In this document: piece by piece, positions 28,475 through 36,953 of the stretch
Layout: every line of letters starts with the position of its first letter
Position numbering within the stretch: the first letter of the stretch is position 1
NCBI GenBank assembly: GCA_031366795.1
Contig: JANLOX010000252.1
Location: 1-43,911 of the forward strand
Length of the DNA: 43,911 nucleotides
Source: Candidatus Eiseniibacteriota bacterium
GTDB taxonomy: Bacteria; Eisenbacteria; RBG-16-71-46
Reading direction: 5' to 3'
Notes under the pieces: generated by a model
Database searches by the model: none
What the model was told of the DNA's origin: nothing
The model's input: only the letters and a program-made list of their open reading frames with translations
Made by a program: the position numbers and the translations under genes

Positions 28475-31400
28475 CTACACCTCCGCGAACAGGTACTCGA
28501 GCGACTCGCGATCGAGCTTCCGTGCGAAGCCGTCGCCGCCCAGGACGCTGTTCACGAGCTCGCTTTTGCGCTGCTGGAGCTCCCAGATCCGCTCTTCGAT
28601 CGTCCCCTTCATCAGCAGGCGGTAGGCGATCACCGTGCGGTGCTGGCCGATGCGGTGGGTGCGGTCGATGGCCTGGGCTTCGACGGCGGGGTTCCACCAC
28701 GGGTCGAGCAGGACTACATAGCTCGCGGCGGTGAGGTTCAGACCCGTCCCTCCCGCCTTGAGCGAGATCAGGAACACGCACGCTTCGGTGTCATTCTCGA
28801 ATGCTCGCACGATGGCCGGGCGGTCCTTGGTCGCGTCGTTGCCCGTGAGCATGTGGGACGGGATGCGGCGGCGCTTGAACTCCTTCTGCACCAACTCGAG
28901 CGCTTTCACGAATTGCGAGAACAGCAGCACCTTGTGGCCCTCGGCGAGCAAGGGCTCGAGCAAGTCGAACAAAGCATCGAATTTACCGGACCCCACATTC
29001 GACTTAGCGCCAGCGAGTTGCGGATGGCAGCAGATCTGCCGCAGCCGCGTGAGGATAGCGAGGATTGCGATTTGCTGCTGCTTGAGCTCGCCGCGCAGGG
29101 CCATCGAGGCGATCTCCTCACGCGCTTCGGCAAGCTTGATGAGGTAGAGCTTGCGCTGTGCCGGAAGCATCTCGCACATGCGCTGCTCCTCGATGCGCTC
29201 GGGCAGCTCGGGCGCCACCTCGGTCTTGAGCCGCCTCAGCAGCATGGGGCGCAAGCGTGCAGCGAGTAGGCGGCGCGTATGCGCGGGCGCATCGATGCGA
29301 TCGAAACGCCTCGAGAAGTCTGTGCGGTTTCCGAGGTAGCCGGGATTGACGAATCCCATGATGCTCCACAGGTCGAGCGCGCGATTCTCGATCGGCGTGC
29401 CGGTCAGCGCCAACCGGTGCGTGGCCTGCAGCCGTTGCACGGCATGGGAAACGGCGGCCTTCGGGTTCTTGACCGTCTGCGCCTCATCGAGGATCGCAGC
29501 GAACAAGGGGATGTCGTGCCACGCCTCGATGTCCATGCGCAGCAGCGAGTAGTTGGTGATCACGAGATCGTAGTTCGCGATTTCGCGCAGGCGCGTTTTG
29601 CGGTCGCCCCCGCTCGTCAATGCGAGCACGCGCAGGCCGGGCGCGAATTTCGCGGCCTCGCGCTCCCAGTTGTGCACGACCGATGCAGGGCACACGACCA
29701 GCGCGGGCATGGGCCCCTCCGCTTTCGACGTCGCGCGCAGGTGAAGGATCCACGCCAGCGCCTGGATCGTCTTGCCGAGCCCCATGTCGTCCGCGAGCAG
29801 GGCGCCCATCCCCAAGGACGAGGCGTGCGCGAGAAAGTCGAGTCCCTGTCTTTGGTAAGGGCGCAGCTCGCCCGCGAGCCCCTTGGGCACCTTGCAGTGT
29901 GGGAGTCCCTTGAATTTCGTGACGCGTTCACGCAGTTCGCGCAGCGCGGCCATGGTCTCGGCGCCGGCGCCCATCTCCTCGAGTGCCTCAAGACTCTCCG
30001 GGCGAGCCTGCGCCACTTGCCAGAGCGTGACCTGCTGTTCGCCCCCACCCGGCTCCAGCCCAAGATCCGCGAGCATGTCGCTGACCTTGTCCAGTTGTTC
30101 GATCGCCTCGCGCTGCACCCACCCGCTACCAAGCTTGACCCACGGCTGCTTCGAGGACCGCAGTTGCGCGATGTCGTATTCCGTGAGGCTAAGGCCCTCG
30201 GCCTTCCACTCCGCCGACACGAGGAACAGGTCGATGCCGTGGCGTTTGGCGCTGATGCTCGCGGACACACGCCGCTTGGAGCCGATCAAGGCGTCCATGT
30301 TTTCGTTGCCGAACCAGCGCACGCCGGTAGGACGCTGCCGCCAGACTTCCGCGAGTTGCTCCACGGTGCGCGGCGTCACCTTAATCCACCACCCTACCCG
30401 GGCATCCGGCGCGCCGGGGCCACGATTCTGTTGCATCAGCAGAATGCCGGGTGCGGCGCCGAGTTGCTGAATCCATTCGACCACACGCTCGACGTGTTGG
30501 GACTCGGGGACATGGAACCACGCCTCGGCGGCCTGCATGTCGGGTTCGGCGGACGGCGCGATGGACCCGCTCAGCATTCGAGACTCCGTCAGCGCGGGCC
30601 GATCGTCCGGCAAGATACGCGCGGCGATCGCGTCCACGGACGACGCCTCATCCACAACGATGGCCATCGGAGCGTGCGCTTCACGCCCTCGCGCAGCCAC
30701 AACATCCCATCGCCGGTCGGCCGTGTACTCGAACAAGCGCGCCGGTGGCTCCGGCGGTTGTCCCGGCTCCCACGAGTGGCCCGCCGTGCACGCCATCAAC
30801 CGCACCTGCAGCCAGTCCTCGTCGTCGAGCCGCATCATCACCGCAGGCTCGACGGCGTGCTCGTGTGTGAAGGCCTTCGCTGCCTGCGCGGCCGCAGGCA
30901 ACGCATCGGCGAGCGTGCGAACCAGCGGCTCACCCTGCTTACGATCGACCCGAATGGGCGCGGTGGAACGCAACAGCCGGAGCACGTTGGCTGGCGGCAA
31001 CTCGGCAATTGGGTGCAGCACGCCATCGCACAGGAGTAGCCCAAGCGCTGGATCGTGCGGGCTCGCGGCATCGGAGATGTGGGCACACTCGGCGAGATTG
31101 CGCTGGCGTCCATCGGGCCAGCGCACCGCAATGCCCACTACGGCGTGCTCGCCGTCGCGCACGAAGTGGGGTGTGAGACGCACCGGCATGGGATCGAAGC
31201 GCAGCGGTTCGCCACGAGTAACCTTGAGCTGGGCGGCCAGCGGTTCGGCGATGGCATTGCTCCAGACGACGTCCGGCGAGGGCATCACCGCGAGCAGGAA
31301 CTCCGTCATCAGCCCGCGCGGCGATCGGCGCCGCGAGAACGAGAACGCGCGCTCGCGCATGGACTCGATCATCGCGATAACGCCATCGAGCAGATCCGAC

Positions 31401-32353
31401 TGCTCGCGGGTGAGCAGAGTGACGTCGCGTGACACCTCCGACTGCAGCACGCGCAATTGGTTCTCGCTACGCGGCTCTTCGTGCAACCGTGCCGTGGTGA
31501 GTCGCGGATCGAGCAGGAAGCCCAATTCACCGCGTCCGCTTGCCTGCACGCGCACCATGACGCGGAACTGCCGCTGGGGCCGCGAAGTCCGCTGCATCGC
31601 CCAGCCACGCAGGGCGGCCGCAACGAATGGCAGCTGCGCTTCCGTGTGGCGCTCAGCGAGATCGGGCCGGTCGCGGAACGGCTCCAGCTCCGCGGGCAGG
31701 TCGCCGTGCGTCCAACGCAGGATCTCCTGGGCAAGCATCCACGACTGCATGTCGCCCCCCTGCGCGTCGAGGATCGGCACGAAGGCGTCGTGCTCGACGT
31801 CGACGTTCGTGATGCCGGCCTCACGAAGCATGAACTCGAGCACCGCCGCCCGCCCGTCGCGACTGCGCTCGCGCCTGAGTTCCGCGAGTGACGCAGGCGG
31901 CGGGGGCGGGAGCGCGACCGGCGTCGGGCGCACGGGTGCATCGCGGCGAGGGCGCGGCGGCGCAACGCTGCCTTGCGCGGGCGGCGCTGCTTTGACCGGG
32001 CCATCCGCCAGGAAGTCCTCGAGCTCACCCGGGTCCATCTGCTCCGGATCGAGCAGCACTTCGAACATTTTCTCGGCGAGCGCATAGGCGTGCTTGCACC
32101 GGGGCGCCGCGGGGCACGAACACATCGGGACCCAGCGACGCTCGTTAGCGAGCATCCAGAGCGCGCGATACTGCCGGGTACCTTGGACCGTCGCGCGCAC
32201 CTGGCCGGGAAAGAACTCCAGCCTCCCGACGCGCCCTAAGCGGAAGTAGCGAATGCCGCGATCCTTGACGGGACCATCGAAGTTCTTCAGTTCTCGCAAC
32301 AGGTCGTCGAGAATGGGCTCGATGCGGGAGCGAGCGGGCGTAGTCGGTGTCAT
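28475..32353 (-). CDS. SWIM zinc-finger + SNF2-family helicase/ATPase
   Basis: Start probably ATG 32353. CSCPAAPRCKH (SWIM); LRPYQ, LADDMGLGKT, LDEAQ, LTGTPIEN, LLFSQF, SLKAGGTGLNL, DPWWNP..E.QA.DR.HRIGQ. Confidence 0.95.
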   Translation of the reverse strand: MTPTTPARSRIEPILDDLLRELKNFDGPVKDRGIRYFRLGRVGRLEFFPGQVRATVQGTRQYRALWMLANERRWVPMCSCPAAPRCKHAYALAEKMFEVLLDPEQMDPGELEDFLADGPVKAAPPAQGSVAPPRPRRDAPVRPTPVALPPPPPASLAELRRERSRDGRAAVLEFMLREAGITNVDVEHDAFVPILDAQGGDMQSWMLAQEILRWTHGDLPAELEPFRDRPDLAERHTEAQLPFVAAALRGWAMQRTSRPQRQFRVMVRVQASGRGELGFLLDPRLTTARLHEEPRSENQLRVLQSEVSRDVTLLTREQSDLLDGVIAMIESMRERAFSFSRRRSPRGLMTEFLLAVMPSPDVVWSNAIAEPLAAQLKVTRGEPLRFDPMPVRLTPHFVRDGEHAVVGIAVRWPDGRQRNLAECAHISDAASPHDPALGLLLCDGVLHPIAELPPANVLRLLRSTAPIRVDRKQGEPLVRTLADALPAAAQAAKAFTHEHAVEPAVMMRLDDEDWLQVRLMACTAGHSWEPGQPPEPPARLFEYTADRRWDVVAARGREAHAPMAIVVDEASSVDAIAARILPDDRPALTESRMLSGSIAPSAEPDMQAAEAWFHVPESQHVERVVEWIQQLGAAPGILLMQQNRGPGAPDARVGWWIKVTPRTVEQLAEVWRQRPTGVRWFGNENMDALIGSKRRVSASISAKRHGIDLFLVSAEWKAEGLSLTEYDIAQLRSSKQPWVKLGSGWVQREAIEQLDKVSDMLADLGLEPGGGEQQVTLWQVAQARPESLEALEEMGAGAETMAALRELRERVTKFKGLPHCKVPKGLAGELRPYQRQGLDFLAHASSLGMGALLADDMGLGKTIQALAWILHLRATSKAEGPMPALVVCPASVVHNWEREAAKFAPGLRVLALTSGGDRKTRLREIANYDLVITNYSLLRMDIEAWHDIPLFAAILDEAQTVKNPKAAVSHAVQRLQATHRLALTGTPIENRALDLWSIMGFVNPGYLGNRTDFSRRFDRIDAPAHTRRLLAARLRPMLLRRLKTEVAPELPERIEEQRMCEMLPAQRKLYLIKLAEAREEIASMALRGELKQQQIAILAILTRLRQICCHPQLAGAKSNVGSGKFDALFDLLEPLLAEGHKVLLFSQFVKALELVQKEFKRRRIPSHMLTGNDATKDRPAIVRAFENDTEACVFLISLKAGGTGLNLTAASYVVLLDPWWNPAVEAQAIDRTHRIGQHRTVIAYRLLMKGTIEERIWELQQRKSELVNSVLGGDGFARKLDRESLEYLFAEV

Positions 32354-32777
32354 GGTGGCCTGGGACGGGGGACGTGAGAGTTGCAACGCGTGGGCTCGCG
32401 GGATCCTACAACGGCTCCATCCCCTGTTGCAGCACGTCGAGAAAAGGCGCGAAATCAACGCGCGGTGAACGTTGCACCGCCGAGCCCGCCATGCGTCCGC
32501 CAATTCCCTCATCCCCCTGGCACAACTTACGCCAAGTCATGAGGGGGACGAGCGGCTGGCAAACGGAAACGGCGCGCGATCCACGGGAGCATCGCCCTCG
32601 GCCGCGACGAATTGCGCAGGCAGGCCGACGGGTGATCGCATTTGCGATAGATCCGCTGGAGCAACTGGGCGGGTAGCGACTTCGCTGGAGCCAACTTTGC
32701 AGCAATGCGATACTCCTTCGCATTGTCGCGGCGCCTGCGCGTGCCGCACAATCCGTACTCCCCCGTCGAGGTTCCGT

Positions 32778-34421
32778 ATGCCGCGTGGCCGTGGGTTCAC
32801 GAAGGTCGATCTTCGACACCTGCTCGAAGACCTGCGCGACGCCTATCCCGGCGGGCTCGAAGAGACGATCCTCACCGAGCTCATCGCGAATTCACTCGAT
32901 GCGGATGCGACGGTGATCCGCATCACCGCCGATCCCGCGGCAGCGACGTTCCAGCTCGAGGATGACGGGCGGGGCATGGTGTGGAAGGAGCTCCGCCAGT
33001 TCCACAACCTGGCCGCGAGCACGAAGACGCGCGGCGCGGGCATCGGGTTTGCGGGCGTCGGCATCAAACTCGCGTTGCTCGCCACGCGTGAGGTGATCAC
33101 CGAATCGCGGCGCGGCAAGTCGCATGCGGCTTCGCGCTGGCACCTTGCTTCGCGCGAGATGGCGCCGTACGAGCCCATCACGCCCGCCGGCGTCGTCGCG
33201 AATCACGGCACGGCCGTGCTGCTGCAGCTCAATCACGGGCTCTCGCCCCTGCTCGATGCGGGCTACATCGAGCACGTGATCCGGCAACATTTCCAGCCGC
33301 TCGTTGATTCATCGTTCGAGGCTGCACTCGCACCACTGTATCCGCACGGCGTGCGCTTCGAGGTGAACGGCCACACGCTCGAGCGGCGCAGCGATCGCTC
33401 CGCCGAGCATGCGCCGCTCGAGGTGCGCATCGAGCGCCAACGCAAGGCGTCGGGCCTCGGTCACATCGAGCGCGCCGCTTCGCCGCTCCCCGAGCACTTG
33501 CGCGGAATCGCGATCAGCACCTACGGCAAGGTGATCCGGCGCGGCTGGGATTGGCTCGGCATCCTGCCCGCAGCGCCCGATCGCGTCACCGGCATCATCG
33601 AAGTACCCGCGCTGTCGCAGGCACTCACGCTCAACAAGGGCGACTTCGTGCGCACGGGTCCGCGCGGCGCCCTCTACTTGTCGTACCGGCGCGCGATCCA
33701 GGAAGCCGTGCAGGCGCAGTTGTCGCGCTGGGGCGATGCGCGCGACGTCGCGCAGGACGATCGCCGCAAGGCCGCGCGCCCGATGGAGCGTGACCTGCAG
33801 CGCGTGCTCGAAGGATTGAGCGATGCATTCCCGCTGCTGTCGTCGCTGGTCGAGCACCAACGCGGCGGGCAGCGGCGCATGGGCTTGGGCGAGGGAGCGG
33901 GACGCGGCGAGGGCGTGACCGAATCGGGCGCGCGCGTGGCGGAAGCAGCCGCTGTGGAGACGCTGCCTGATAATGCAATGGACGAGGCGACCGCGAACGC
34001 TGCAAGCGCGGAAGCAGCTGAAGCGACGCTTGCGACCATCGTGCCTCCCGCTACCCCACCGACACCCGCGACATCTGACGCGCCCATTGCTGGCACCGGA
34101 CCGGATGGCGCCAACACAACCGGCCCACGCAGCGGACGCGGCCAACGCTACGGTCTCTCGGTCCAGTTCGAAGCCCGCCCCGGCGACCCCGAACTCGCGC
34201 GCCTGATCGAGAACACCGTGTGGATCAACACCGACCACGCCGCCTACCAACGCGCCGAGTCCACGCGTTCGACCGGCTATCACATCGCCGTCGCCGTGGC
34301 GCTCGCGTTGGCGCCACTGGCAACAGGCGACGCAGGCGTACAGAAATTCGTGACGGCGTTCCTCGCGCAATGGGGCGAGGCGGTGCGCGTGACGACGAAG
34401 GGAAGAGGACGAGCGAAGTGA
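32778..34421 (+). CDS. GHKL (MORC/Hsp90-like HATPase_c) ATP-binding protein
   Basis: Start probably ATG 32778. ELIANSLDA (N box), EDDGRGM (G1), IGFAGVGIK (G2), GT.V; Ala/Pro/Thr linker; C-terminal VWINTDHAAY domain. Confidence 0.85.
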   Translation: MPRGRGFTKVDLRHLLEDLRDAYPGGLEETILTELIANSLDADATVIRITADPAAATFQLEDDGRGMVWKELRQFHNLAASTKTRGAGIGFAGVGIKLALLATREVITESRRGKSHAASRWHLASREMAPYEPITPAGVVANHGTAVLLQLNHGLSPLLDAGYIEHVIRQHFQPLVDSSFEAALAPLYPHGVRFEVNGHTLERRSDRSAEHAPLEVRIERQRKASGLGHIERAASPLPEHLRGIAISTYGKVIRRGWDWLGILPAAPDRVTGIIEVPALSQALTLNKGDFVRTGPRGALYLSYRRAIQEAVQAQLSRWGDARDVAQDDRRKAARPMERDLQRVLEGLSDAFPLLSSLVEHQRGGQRRMGLGEGAGRGEGVTESGARVAEAAAVETLPDNAMDEATANAASAEAAEATLATIVPPATPPTPATSDAPIAGTGPDGANTTGPRSGRGQRYGLSVQFEARPGDPELARLIENTVWINTDHAAYQRAESTRSTGYHIAVAVALALAPLATGDAGVQKFVTAFLAQWGEAVRVTTKGRGRAK

Positions 34422-34576
34422 GCCCAGCAGAATGAGCTACGGATCGAGACCAACGCCCGTGACAACAATCGTTCTCCGCTGAGGCATAATATTTGCGGAC
34501 GGTCCCCGCCGACCAAGTCAGGCGGACCGCACCTCATTTCCGTCGGTAAGAGCGTCCAGAAGGAGGCTTTGCCCAG

Positions 34577-35057
34577 ATGCAGTCTTATCCGATCCTGTTC
34601 CGCATCGTCCATGCCGTGCGTAGCGATCGCTTCGAGGCCCTCGTTGCCACCGATGGCCGAGCCTTGATGGTATTCGAGGATGACGAAGTGGTGGTGTCAC
34701 GGCGTCGAACCGGGCGGGTTGACTGATCACGGCGACGGACCACTTGTTGCGTTCGAGGCGTTCCGGCTGAGCTTCCGGCACGTCCTCGACGACCTCGCCG
34801 AGGACAGCGCCATGCTCGAGGACTTCCAGAGGGACGCTCGGATGTTCTTCAGCGCAGATACCGTCGAAGAGTCCAACTGGAATAAGGCGCTCGACCTACT
34901 GCCGAGCGCGGCCGACTTGGACGAAGCGTTTCGCAATATGCAGCGAATGTCCCCGCGGCCATCAGCGATGACGATCCGAATCCTGCGATCCTACGCCGAC
35001 GAGCCCATGCCGACCGCCGCTGACTCGGACTCTGTAGCTCTGCCTGTAGCCGCCTGA
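34577..35057 (+). pseudogene. HicB-like antitoxin gene with an apparent +1 frameshift near 34685-34688
   Basis: AGGAGG at 34561 and ATG 34577 give MQSYPILFRIVHAVRSDRFEALVATDGRALMVFEDDE, and this frame stops at 34724-34726. One base over, the frame continues WWCHGVEPGGLTDHGDGPLVAFEAFR... to TGA 35057. The joined product has a HicB-like beta-beta-beta-alpha pattern. Confidence 0.5.
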
Positions 35058-35083
35058 CTCAGCCCGCCCATGGGTAATTCCGC

Positions 35084-35350
35084 ATGGTCGGACCGCAGGT
35101 GGACCTTGCGGACGTCCTTCGGATGCTCCGTGAGTGCGCACAGGGGTTCGAGTCGCGCATCACGCGTCACTCATTGCAAATTCGCTGCGACGGTAAGATT
35201 GCGATTCTGCCGAAGGGTCCCGGGATACCCAGGTCGGCGACACTCGAGCGCCTGCGTGGCGTCATGATTCACGCCAGAATCGTGCGGAAGATCGTACAGG
35301 ATCTCAATTTGAAGACAGACTGCGTTGCCCGCCACTTCCCGGCCCGCTAA
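35084..35350 (+). CDS. Small basic protein, possibly a HicA-like toxin
   Basis: 88 aa, Arg/Lys-rich, helix-strands-helix pattern with a His (TRHS) near the position of the HicA catalytic His; directly after the HicB-like gene. Confidence 0.45.
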   Translation: MVGPQVDLADVLRMLRECAQGFESRITRHSLQIRCDGKIAILPKGPGIPRSATLERLRGVMIHARIVRKIVQDLNLKTDCVARHFPAR

Positions 35351-35381
35351 ACGCCTCGCCATTCCTTTGCGGCTGCCGCCC

Positions 35382-35924
35382 CTACCGCCCGCGATCGATC
35401 CGCTTGCGCAGCTCCTTCACGAACTCGCGGGCATCGCGCTCGCTGAAGTTGGTCATCACTTCCTCGTGGTCGATGTCCGCGTGCGAGAACAGCCGCTCGC
35501 CGCTGCGCGTAGTGATGATCAGCTCGCCGTCCCGGTAGTCGGCGGATTCGATGTCGTGCAGATCGCACTCCGCACTGTGGTTCAGCGCCGTGCGCACTGT
35601 CGTCAGCACCGCATCCTTGATGATCTGCCCGAGCATGTTGTCACCGTCCTCGTCTCCGGCCTCGCGTGTCTTGCGGTCGATCTTGGCCATCACGCGATCC
35701 GAGAGCTGCAGCGCCACCACCCGATCGGTGAGCAGTAAGGTGATCTTGCGATTCTCGGTGTTGATCGCGAGACGCGCCTCGTCCAGGTCATGTCGCCGGG
35801 CCAGTCGCATCGGGTCGTCACACGACGCGTTGAGGAACGTGGAGTGCGAACCGTGCTCATGGGCGGATGCGCCCTGGGCGACCAGGCATGTGGCCGCGAC
35901 CAGGAGAATGCTCAAGGACTTCAT
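35382..35924 (-). CDS. Secreted hypothetical protein (possibly YggN/DUF2884-like)
   Basis: ATG 35924 after GGAGG. Signal peptide MKSLSILLVAATCLVAQGASA followed by HEHGSH; 180 aa. Confidence 0.7.
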   Translation of the reverse strand: MKSLSILLVAATCLVAQGASAHEHGSHSTFLNASCDDPMRLARRHDLDEARLAINTENRKITLLLTDRVVALQLSDRVMAKIDRKTREAGDEDGDNMLGQIIKDAVLTTVRTALNHSAECDLHDIESADYRDGELIITTRSGERLFSHADIDHEEVMTNFSERDAREFVKELRKRIDRGR

Positions 35925-36107
35925 GCGGAACCTCCGGGCAAAGTGGGGCGAGGGCCGTTGCCTCGAGGGGGATACGCGGCCGGGGGCCGCCGGGTTGCAA
36001 AAACCGCGGGAATCGAGAGATGCTTGAATGACCTCCATTCGCATAGCCTTAGGCCACAAGACGGCCCTACGAAGCAGCATCCCCCCAATTCCCTGCGAAA
36101 GGCCGAC

Positions 36108-36914
36108 ATGACGCCCGATCCCGAAACCGTCCGAGTGTGGGACGATCGCGCCGAGGCCTACGACCGCCTTTGCCATCGTTGGGAGATCTTCACGCTGCTG
36201 TCCTCTCGGCTGATCGACATGCTGCCCGCCGGCCTGGAGGGGCCCGTGCTCGATCTTGGCGCCGGCTCGGGGCTGACTACCGAGCTGCTGTTGGCGCGTC
36301 ACCCGCGCTGCAACTCGATCCTGCTCGATCCCGCGGCGGCCATGATCGAGATCGCGCGCCGCAACCTCGCGGGGCGAGCGGCGGACTTCCACGTCGCGAG
36401 CATCGAGGCGGCGCCGGCGCTCGGCATCCGCGCCGCGGCGGCCGTATCCTCCGCGTCGATGCAGTTCCTCGAGTTCGAGCCGGCGTTCGCAGCACTCGAA
36501 CGCATCATCGAGCCGCGCGGGCGCTTCGTCTTCAACCTGTGGAACCACCATTGGGAAGAAACTGCGGCTTCCAATGGCATGGCGGAATGGCACGCGATCG
36601 CGCGAGCCGTGTGTGATGCGGCAGGAGTCGCCGGGCTTCCCGAACCCGTCCCTCCCAAGAACCCTCCCAAGACGCGCCGTGATTTGATGAGCACATCGGG
36701 CAGGCACGGATTCCAGCGGGTCGAGGAGCATCGCGATGAGGACCACGCACCCGTCGCTCGCGGCATTGACTTCATGGCGATGACTTCTGATTGGCCGGTG
36801 AAGGGATTGTCCCCGGAACTGCGCGAGTCGCTGCTCCAGGCCATGTTCGACCGGGCCGCAGGCTCGAATGAGCCGGTGGTCTCGGCCAGGTTCGCGTTCG
36901 AGCGAATTGCCTAG
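36108..36914 (+). CDS. Class I SAM-dependent methyltransferase
   Basis: Start ATG 36108. VLDLGAGSG (motif I), LLDP...MIEIAR, I.PRGRFVF. Confidence 0.9.
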   Translation: MTPDPETVRVWDDRAEAYDRLCHRWEIFTLLSSRLIDMLPAGLEGPVLDLGAGSGLTTELLLARHPRCNSILLDPAAAMIEIARRNLAGRAADFHVASIEAAPALGIRAAAAVSSASMQFLEFEPAFAALERIIEPRGRFVFNLWNHHWEETAASNGMAEWHAIARAVCDAAGVAGLPEPVPPKNPPKTRRDLMSTSGRHGFQRVEEHRDEDHAPVARGIDFMAMTSDWPVKGLSPELRESLLQAMFDRAAGSNEPVVSARFAFERIA

Positions 36915-36953
36915 CCGAGACCAGCCGGCGCGAGCCGTCGGTGCTGCTTGCGG

